Below the pieces are notes generated by a model. That model made no database searches. It was not told where the DNA came from and saw only the letters and a list, made by a program, of their open reading frames with translations. Positions 55,346 through 64,000 of a stretch of DNA of 64,000 bases are shown piece by piece. Numbering within the stretch: position 1 is the stretch's first letter; each line of letters begins with the position of its first letter. Location: the NCBI GenBank assembly GCA_963789265.1, contig CAWBKB010000003.1, positions 1,024,001 to 1,088,000 of the forward strand. The letters run 5' to 3'. Made by a program: the position numbers and the translations under genes. The DNA is from an uncultured delta proteobacterium (GTDB lineage: Bacteria; Desulfobacterota; Desulfomonilia; Desulfomonilales; Desulfomonilaceae).

Positions 55346-58108
55346 TGTTCAACCGTTAGTGAAACTGTAACGACTGTCCCGTGATTGGGCCGGCTGGAAA
55401 GCGACACCTGACCTCGATGCTCGTCCACGACTTTCTTAACCACTGCGAGTCCCAGGCCCGTACCTCGCGACTTGGTGGTAAACAAAGGCTCAAAGGCCCG
55501 CGATGCATGTTCGGAATCCATTCCGATTCCGTTGTCCGCAAGCTCAATGCTAACAATGTCGTCTTTCATGGAAGTAGAGACCGTGACAAGCGGCCGATAA
55601 GACCGTTTCTCCTCCCTGGCGCTTCGTGCCTGCACAGCCTGAAAGGCGTTTTCAACAAGGTTGATAACGACTCGGCGGAACTTTTCACCGTCGAAGGTGA
55701 TCGGAGGTAGGTCGGCAGCAAGTTCTCTCTTCAAGGTAATTCCCTTGGGCGTGGAAATTTGGTCGAGGACTGTTTCCAGCCACGGGTTAATCTCACTTTT
55801 TGCAAGGGATGACCGCGTCTCTCGTGTGTATTCCAATAATTCGTCGATAATCAGGTCGCAATGCCCGACTTGTTCTCCGATCCGATTGAGGTGCTTCGTG
55901 AGTTTTTCATCTAGCTCTTTAATATTCTTAAAGAGATAATAAGCCGAAAAGCTGATCACTCCGAGAGGATTTCGAAGCTCATGGCTGACCACCGCTGTGA
56001 GCTGACCAAGCACCGACAGTCGCTCCCGTTTTATCAATTCCCCCTGAGCAGCCTCCAAGTCTCGAGTGCGCTCTCGAACTTTTACTTCAAGTTCTGAGGC
56101 ATGCTGGGTAAGGAGAGCTTCCCGTTCTTGGTGATAGTCGATTCGCCGCTTCAGGTCGTCCGGTGTGACCTTCAAACCTGCAAGTATTTCGGCGTACACT
56201 TCTGAAAGATCTCTGGCTTCCTGCTCAGCGAACAGATCGGACTGCGCGAGTATCCGATGGGCGGTAGCCGCACCTACAGAGCCGGCAAGAAGTCTCTCCA
56301 CCTCGCTGTGAAGTTGCGCCAGTTCGACTATCGAAATCCTGTCTGTAGCCTCGAGGAAGGCTTGACGCAGACATTTCCGGGTCATGGCGTGGGCTTCTTC
56401 TTCCGAGAAGAATTGACCGAAAAGCTCAAATATTATCCCGGTCTTCGCGGCCAGGTCTATGTGGGATTCCCGGCGTGGTGATCTGCTTAACGCCTGTCCT
56501 GCGGTCAGTGACCCGACAAAATTTTCCGCAAGATTTTGTTCCGACGGGCTTTGCCTGAAAAGAAGAGATCCCAGAACGTACAGGCCGGTGTTGAAAACAA
56601 TTGACCAGAAAACAGTATGCGACAGAGAATCTAATGCGTGGACGCCAAATAGTTGTTCAGGGCGGAGAAAAGAAATGCCCCAGAGCCCCTCCTCAAGAAA
56701 TTTGTTGGCTATCCACCCGCTCCGGACGAACGCGGGCAACAACAAGGTGTAAAACCAGATTGCAAATCCGGCGGCTAAGCCCATAAGGGCCCCGGCCTTG
56801 TTGCCACGGCGCCAGAAAATTCCTCCGAGTATTACCGGAGCGAATTGAAAAGCAGCAGCAAACGATATCATCCCGATATTCACGAGCATATACGACTCGC
56901 CCACCCCCCGCTCGAACCAATATCCTATTAGAATTACAAGGGCAACAGCAGCCCAGCGACAGTGAAGGAGTCGTCTTCTAAGAAATGCAAGCCTTGGAAC
57001 TCGACCCACCACCGGCGACAAGAAATGATTTGTAATCATGGTGGAGATCGTGATGGAACTTATCATTATCATGCCTGTGGCGGCAGAAGCACCTCCAATG
57101 AAAACGAGCAAGGACAGCCATTTATGTCCCGCATGAAGCGGCAACCCCAGGACGAACGTGTCCGCTTCCCACGGGCTGTATCCCTTAAGGATCCCGCCCA
57201 TCGCAATGGGAAACACAAAGATGTTGATTAGTAACATGTAAAGAGGAAAGAGCCAAAGGGAGGTGCGGATGTGCTTCTCGTCAAAATTCTCCACTACACT
57301 TATATGAAACTGGCGCGGCAGAGAACATTATTGCAGACATGGACAGAATGAGATAAGTCATCCACGTTACCGACCAGGCCTGATCGCCATTCCACATAGG
57401 CACAATTTGTGCGGGGAGTTCGGTTGAAAGCCGCTTTAATATGTCCCCAAATCCGCCAAACATGAAGTAAGTGACAAAGACCCCAGCCGCAAGGAAAGCC
57501 ACCAGCTTAACGAGGCATTCCACCGCTACGGCCATTATCAGCCCGGGATGTCGCTCAGTGGGATCCAGTCGCCTTACACCCAACACTATGGTGAAAACTA
57601 TCATTAGGCCGACTACCACGGGCCCAAGATGGAGAGTGATCCAAGAAGGAGGCGCCCCTTTCTCTGACGTGATTATTTCAAAAGTGGTGAAGATGGCTTT
57701 AAACTGTAGAGCAATGTAAGGCATGGTCCCGATCAGTGCCATCAGTGTAGCAAGTGCGCCGACTGCAAGGGACTTGTCGTATCTGGCTGAAATGAAATCC
57801 GCGATGCTCGTTATATGGTGGATGGTCTTTATCCTTACCAGCTTTCTAAGCACTATCCACCACAGGGTTATGACTATAGTGGGGCCGAGATATATGGGAA
57901 GAAATAGCAGTCCCGATGTTGCCGCTTTTCCGACGCTCCCGTAATATGTCCAGGCTGTGCAATAAACCCCGAGAGAAAGGGAGTAAACGATGGAGTTGTC
58001 CACCGGGCTCTTGGCTTCCGCGGACCTCCGTTCCACCCACAGGGCGGTGAGAAAAAGGATCCCCATATAGAGGCAGAAAACCATCAGGACTGAGAAGGAG
58101 TCGAGCAC
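55342..58108 (-). CDS. SLC5 (Na+/solute symporter)-STAC-histidine kinase, CrbS/CbrA-like; frameshift near 57320
   Basis: YSLSLGVYCTAWTYYGSVG, SIADFISARY, STAC-like RLLAGSVGAATA, SHELRNPL, NLVENA, DNGIG and GTGLGL. Confidence 0.9.
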
Positions 58109-58117
58109 GGAGAACTC

Positions 58118-58351
58118 CTATTGGTCGCTGTCGTCGGTCGGCTGGGAAGAATGAGGGGGCAGTAGAACTCGGCTTATGAGAAATTGAAGGAAAATGACAA
58201 CAGTCCAGCAAACAAAAAGATAGACAAACATCGCATCTATGCGATCGAAGTCCGAAGAAGAAACCAGAGGCCAGCTAAAAAGAACCAAACTGAGGCAAAA
58301 GATCAATACGTGAAACTCAGGCCTACCTAGCAAATTCCTGATTCTTTTCAT
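58118..58351 (-). CDS. Small two-TM protein upstream of the kinase
   Basis: Two hydrophobic helices; GGAGG RBS. Confidence 0.7.
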   Translation of the reverse strand: MKRIRNLLGRPEFHVLIFCLSLVLFSWPLVSSSDFDRIDAMFVYLFVCWTVVIFLQFLISRVLLPPHSSQPTDDSDQ

Positions 58352-58559
58352 GGCGGCCCTCCCTACCCGGGGGGAGCGTTGTGTCGATGGCAATCGTTCG
58401 TTGGCAAGCAGTGCGGACTTGTATTAGACCAAAATCTTCGGACTTCCTCTCCCGTCGGAAAAGTAGTCGAAGAATCTCTGCAGACCTGATCAGGCGTCTA
58501 AAGAAGCGCGAAGTCGGTTCAATTCTAAAGGGTTTGCCATAGCAGACCTTCTCGGAATC

Positions 58560-60455
58560 TCAGATTTTGCCGTAACCGATCTCCTTTACGGCAGATCTTA
58601 TTTCATCAAGGATCGCCGGGTCGTCGATTGTCGACGGGACATTATAAGCTTCGCCATCAGCTATCTTTCTCATGGTTGACCTAAGTACTTTACCGGAACG
58701 TGTCTTGGGGAGTCGGTTTACCACCACTGCTTTCTTGAATGAGGCCACCGGACCGATGTCGTTACGGACCATTTGAACAACATCAGCAACTATCTCGTCT
58801 TTGGAACGAGTGACACCTGCCTTGAGTACCACGAAGCCCAGAGGCACCTGGCCTTTAAGATCGTCGGCTGCTCCTACGACCGCGCACTCGGCCACGTCCG
58901 GATGTTTCGCCAGTACTTCTTCCATTCCCCCGGTGGATAGCCGATGGCCTGCCACATTTATCACGTCGTCTACACGGCCCATTACAAAGACATATCCCTC
59001 TTCATCAATGTACCCGCCATCTCCCGTCAGATAGTATCCAGGGAAAGGATTCATGTATGACTCGATGAAGCGCTGGTCATCATTCCAGAGTGTGGGCAGA
59101 TTTCCCGGTGGTAGAGGCAGCTTAACAGCGATCACGCCGTTCTGATTGGGACCCAATTCCGCCGCAGTCCCGGAATCAAGGATTTGGACATCATATCCCG
59201 GCATAGGCTTTGTGGCGGAACCGGGCTTTGTGGGAAATTCCTCAAGACCGCGGAAGTTCCCACAAATTGCCCAACCAGTCTCAGTCTGCCACCAGTGATC
59301 TATGACCGGCTTTCCTAGCAGCTTTGTAGCCCAATAATAAGTGTCAGGATCGAGTCTCTCACCAGCCAGGAACAGTGTATCAAATTTTGATATGTCGTAT
59401 TTTTTTAGGTACTCGCCTGTCGGATCTTCCCTTTTAATGGCCCTAATTGCCGTGGGCGCGGTGAAAAGTGCTTTGACGCCGTGCTGAGAAATGACACGCC
59501 AAAAGGCCCCCGGGTCCGGTGTCCCCACCGGTTTACCTTCGTAGATTATTGTGGTAGCCCCCATAAACAGAGGAGCATAAACTATGTATGAGTGTCCCAC
59601 TACCCAGCCCACATCCGATGCGGCCCAGTAAACTTCTCCGGGGCCGATGTCATATATATGTTTCATGCTCCACCTGAGAGCAACCGCATGTCCCCCGTTG
59701 TCTCTGACGACCCCTTTCGGCTTGCCGGTCGTACCTGACGTATACAAAATGTACAGCGGATCCGTGGCAGCCACAGACACGCAATCCGCAGGCTGGGCCT
59801 TGGATTCCAGCTCAAGCCAGTCGAGATCGCGGCTCGGTTTTAGTTCTGCCGTTGCTTGAGGTCGCTGAAACATAACGCACTTTTCAGGCTTGTGGACGGC
59901 AATTTCGATAGCTTCGTCGAGGAGTGGCTTATAAGGGATCACTCGTTGCACTTCGATGCCACAGGAGGCAGACAAGATGACCTTCGGTTTTGCATCGTCA
60001 ACTCGAATAGCCAGTTCACGTGGAGCAAAGCCCCCGAAAACCACCGAATGAATGGCGCCGAGACGGGCACAAGCGAGCATGGACATTAGAGCTTCGGGAA
60101 TCATCGGCATGTAGATCAGTACGGTGTCGCCCTTCCCCACACCCAGCTCCCTCAAGAAGCCTGCGATTCGTGAAACGCGTTTCTGGAGTTCCGAATAGGT
60201 GATTTTCTCAACAGTGTCCGTGACTGGGCTGTCATAGATAACGGCCGTCTGATTTCCCCTACCTTGCCGGATATGATAGTCGAGAGCGTTGAAGCAGGTG
60301 TTCAGCATGCCACCACGAAACCATCGGTAGAAAGGTCGGGTCGATCGGTCAAGGACTTGGTCCCAGTGACGGTCCCAAGCGATTTCTTCGGCCGCCCTCC
60401 CCCAGAAAGTTTCGGGGCTTGCTAAAGATTCTCTGTAAGCTTCCTCATACTTCAT
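58560..60455 (-). CDS. prpE: Propionyl-CoA synthetase
   Basis: YTSGTTGKPKGVVRDNGGH, FLAGERLDP, DHWWQTETG and PKTRSGK. Confidence 0.92.
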   Translation of the reverse strand: MKYEEAYRESLASPETFWGRAAEEIAWDRHWDQVLDRSTRPFYRWFRGGMLNTCFNALDYHIRQGRGNQTAVIYDSPVTDTVEKITYSELQKRVSRIAGFLRELGVGKGDTVLIYMPMIPEALMSMLACARLGAIHSVVFGGFAPRELAIRVDDAKPKVILSASCGIEVQRVIPYKPLLDEAIEIAVHKPEKCVMFQRPQATAELKPSRDLDWLELESKAQPADCVSVAATDPLYILYTSGTTGKPKGVVRDNGGHAVALRWSMKHIYDIGPGEVYWAASDVGWVVGHSYIVYAPLFMGATTIIYEGKPVGTPDPGAFWRVISQHGVKALFTAPTAIRAIKREDPTGEYLKKYDISKFDTLFLAGERLDPDTYYWATKLLGKPVIDHWWQTETGWAICGNFRGLEEFPTKPGSATKPMPGYDVQILDSGTAAELGPNQNGVIAVKLPLPPGNLPTLWNDDQRFIESYMNPFPGYYLTGDGGYIDEEGYVFVMGRVDDVINVAGHRLSTGGMEEVLAKHPDVAECAVVGAADDLKGQVPLGFVVLKAGVTRSKDEIVADVVQMVRNDIGPVASFKKAVVVNRLPKTRSGKVLRSTMRKIADGEAYNVPSTIDDPAILDEIRSAVKEIGYGKI

Positions 60456-61836
60456 ATTGACCTCCAGAGACGGCGTTTACGACTACAATGACTTTATTCG
60501 GGAAAGTTCACCGCGTGCTTGTAAATGCGATTGACGTCACGTTGTGACCTGATCGGAGCGAGAAATAATCATGACACTTTTCGATAATGATCGCAACTTT
60601 TCTTTGGCTACATGGGAAAGATCAGTTCTAGGGGTCCAAGGCTTTCGATCGCTATGTGGTCGGCCCATCTTCTTACGAAGAATTGGCCGAGCTAAGATTT
60701 GCGGATTAAGATCTTGATTTCATGACAATGAACTATTCTATCAATTGAGCATAGCGCCATTCCCACAGATGTCGCATCGATGCTAGCTTCTCATACTGAT
60801 CGCCCGATGCCACCGTTCGGTACAGACTATCAGGCGCCTATCATAAAAACTTCGTAAAAAAATAGAAGTTGACACGGTCCACACAAAGACCTTAATGTAA
60901 GCGGCCAGAAGTATCATCGCATTACCACTTGGAACAGGTTAGACCTCAGCGACGTGAAGGGGTTTTATCGGGGCAGATAGAAGGAGCCGTGCTCCCGTAA
61001 CCTTGTCCCCGTCATGCATGTACAAAATTTCGATCTGAGACTTCACCGACAATTGCATTGAAAGCCTGAGCAAAAGGCTGCGGCAATGGGGAATCACCGA
61101 GTGTCTCGGAAATCACGGAAAAGCAGCTATCGATGCCTGGTTCGAATGTACCCGAAGCAGGCCCTTAAGGGCCCTGGAGCGGGGCCCGGCCGGGCCGGCC
61201 CTGCATTTGCCGGCTTCTTCGTGGAACCTTTTCCTCTGGACTTTTGGAAGCTTGAAAAGTCCTTTGCCACGACCTCTCCGTCATCCTTTTTGGTCAAACC
61301 GACATACGTAAAAAGCTTTCTCAAGAAACGTCCGGAACCTGATTCCTAGACCATTCTCACCCAAATATCGATACACTTATTTCACTTTCATCGCTCTCCT
61401 AATAGTTCCCACCCCGACTTTGTCAGATTCCATAGCCATTGATGCAAGACGCTGTTCCCTAATTAGACGCACTTGGAGCTTGGATAACGGCTTTTTCATT
61501 GTAACGGTCGTTCCGAGCAGAAGGCCTCGACATTCCAAATCGGAGTCACCGGAAATCCTGGGGAGAATAGTTTTTTTTATCACGGCGGTGGGGCGTTCGC
61601 CTCCTGGTGCTGCTGTAACGGCTGTGAAGGGCCTCTATTGAGGCTGTAAACGGCAACATGTGTTCCTGAGAAAAACTCCAATTTTCCAAAAAATGAGACG
61701 TGGCGCGGGCTGAGTTCGGTTTGGGGTGTCGTGTACCGACCCGGACCAAGCGATCCGGTCGTAATCCGGGCATACGCGTGTTCCCGAAATCAAAGGAACT
61801 CGCCGTCCGTGGCCCAACAAGGAAGGAGTAAGAACA

Positions 61837-62151
61837 GTGGCGGAAAAGAAAGAAGACTGGGCTGCAGTAGCCAGAAATCCCAAGTTCTTAGAACTCAGCA
61901 GGAGAAAAGCCTATTTTCTCTTCGGTTGGTGGATATTCTCTACCATCTACTATTTCCTCCTCCCCATCGGCGCGGGGGCGGCTCCGGGCGTTTTCAGCGT
62001 CAAGGTGATAGGGAATATTAATATCGGGTACTTGTTTGCGCTCTCTCAGTTTTTCGTCTCGTGGGCCTTAGCTCTATATTACTATAGTTGGGCGACCAGG
62101 GTATCCGACAAGCTAACCAGCGAGCTGATTGACGAACTGAAATTGCAGTGA
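61837..62151 (+). CDS. DUF485/YjcH membrane protein
   Basis: NPKFLEL..R, INIGYLFALSQF; directly precedes actP; GGAG RBS. Confidence 0.85.
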   Translation: MAEKKEDWAAVARNPKFLELSRRKAYFLFGWWIFSTIYYFLLPIGAGAAPGVFSVKVIGNINIGYLFALSQFFVSWALALYYYSWATRVSDKLTSELIDELKLQ

Positions 62152-62165
62152 GGAGGAATGCACGA

Positions 62166-64000
62166 ATGAAAAGCCTGTTCATAACCTTGACCCTGGCACT
62201 ATCGCTGGGGTTGATCGTGGCTCACCTTTCAGCGCCAGGACCGGCGTTTGCGGGCCCTGAAAGTGTGATTTCAAACGCTGTCGTGGCTCAGGCTCCGGTC
62301 GCAAAGCCTGCACCTCCGCATAGAGTTAAAGCGGACAAGGGAATCACTATAACGATGTTCATTATTATCATTTTGATAACCATGTACATCGTGTATTGGG
62401 CCGCCAAACGGACTAAAACCACAGCCGACTTCTACGCAGCCCACGGGGCTGTGACGGGGTGGCAAAACGGATGGGCGATCGCGGGGGATTACATGTCCGC
62501 CGCCTCGTTCCTTGGAATAGCGGGCCTCATTTGTCTGTACGGGTACGATGGCTTTATGTATTCGGTAGGATGGCTGGTGGCCTATGTTACGGTGCTCCTG
62601 ATCGTTGCGGAACCCTGTCGTAATGCCGGAAAGTACACGATGGGGGACATTCTTGCTTTTCGGTCCTCGCCAGTGCCTGTCCGGGCGGCTGCCGCCTTCT
62701 CGACTGTGCTGGTCTCGATCTTTTACCTCACCGCTCAGATGGTCGGTGCAGGCATGCTCATAAAGCTGCTTATCGGCGTCCCCTTTAAGATCGCTATCAT
62801 CGGCATCGGCGGTCTCATGATCGTTTACGTGGCCTTGGGGGGCATGATAGCCACTACCTGGGTGCAGATAATCAAGGCGGCTCTACTTATGGGAGGAGCG
62901 ATATTCCTGAGCTTCCTCGTAGCGCTACACGCGGGTTTCAATCCAGTGCGATTTTTCAACGAAGTTGCCACCAATCCGCAGATCCAAGATTGGACCAGAG
63001 TACATCTTTCTCAAAGAAGTGGTGGCGAGACCCGGCTTTGACTATGGGCAACGTTTCCTCGAACCCGGGTTGTTGCTGAAAAATGTTTGGGACCAGATCT
63101 CTTTGGGCATGGCACTTGTTCTGGGGACTGCGGGTATGCCTCACATACTCATGCGCTTCTTCACGGTGCCCACGGCACAGGCCGCACGTAAGTCCGTTAT
63201 CGTAGCCATGTTTCTCATTGGCTTCTTCTACATCTTAACAACCCTCTTGGGCTTCGGTTCCGCTATCTGGGTGAGCCCGCAGGTTTCATTTGCCGTGGAC
63301 AAGGGCGGCAATATGTCCAACCTGCTTCTGGCCCAGATGATGGGTGGTATGATCACCCCCGTTATTGGGGACATCTTTCTAGCGTTCCTGTGCGCGGTGG
63401 CCTTTGCAACCATACTTGCGGTTGTCTCTGGCCTTGTGCTCGCGTCTGCTGCGGCGGTTTCGCACGACATCTACGTCAATGCCATCAAGGGCGGCAAGGC
63501 AGATCCGCATGAGCAAGTCATGGCGGCCAGGATTGCCTCCGTCATTGTTGGCGCCATAGCAGTTGTTATCGGGGTCTTAGCCGAAGGCCAGAATGTTGCC
63601 CATCTGGTAGCTCTGGCCTTTGCCGTGGCATCTGCGGGTAATCTCCCGACGGTGGTGCTCTCCTTGTTCTGGAGGAAGATGAACACCGCAGGGATCGTCG
63701 GGGGCCTGGTGATAGGTACGGTGGTTTCAATACTTCTGGTTATGGTCTCTCCCAACATGCAATATCCAAAAATAATTGCCGCGGGAAGCCAGAAAGTGGT
63801 CACCACGTTGGAGAAAAAGCAGGCCGGTGGTGCGACTCTTACGGATACTCAGAAGGCAGCCCTGGCCGCTGCTAAAGCCTCCTACGAGAAAAACAAGAAC
63901 GGCACTTCCTTCATTTTCGGGCTGGACAAGCCTCTTTTCAGTCTAAAGAATCCGGGCATCATCTCCATTCCGCTTGGATTCCTGGCTGCAATTGTATTTT
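62166..64000 (+). CDS. actP: Cation/acetate symporter ActP; frameshift near 63005; runs off the right edge
   Basis: QNGWAIAGDYMSAASFLG; the downstream frame has LGTAGMPHILMRFFTVP, AVAFATILAVVSGL and NPGIISIPLGF. Confidence 0.92.

Noticed and set aside
61086..61641. Small ORFs in the prpE/actP gap
   Set aside because: No recognisable motifs and conflicting overlapping frames.

Overview
Bacterial chromosomal window; the gene content resembles an anaerobic Desulfobacterota-type organism (inference only). (1) 1-16.2 kb is a surface-glycan locus: an O-antigen ligase/Wzy-like membrane protein fused to a VWA-like domain (absent from the ORF track), an EPS-type MarR regulator, a Wzx flippase, several methyltransferases, a B12 radical SAM enzyme, a GT4 and two sulfotransferases. 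It is broken up by IS630 and IS21 remnants and a decayed tandem duplication. (2) 16.5-22.1 kb: Tat-signal oxalate decarboxylase, a ChlI/ChlD-like chelatase pair and a crotonase. (3) 22.4-28.5 kb: eroded defence islet with a type IIG R-M enzyme, helicase/TRD scars, a RAYT with REPs and an MNT-HEPN toxin-antitoxin pair. (4) 28.5-64 kb is a large acetate/short-chain acyl-CoA hub: four AMP-forming ligases (one with degenerate catalytic motifs), two GNATs, a Zn-dependent deacetylase, two cNMP-CBS-DUF294 nucleotidyltransferases with a DEDDh exonuclease, an SLC5-STAC histidine kinase with output-less receivers, and DUF485-ActP. It is interrupted by a repeat-flanked AraC/Fe-S cargo block, a CzcBA-like efflux operon and hicBA. 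About 13 frameshifts that look like single-base indels lie in otherwise intact genes, suggesting indel errors in the assembly. No rRNA, tRNA or CRISPR array was seen.
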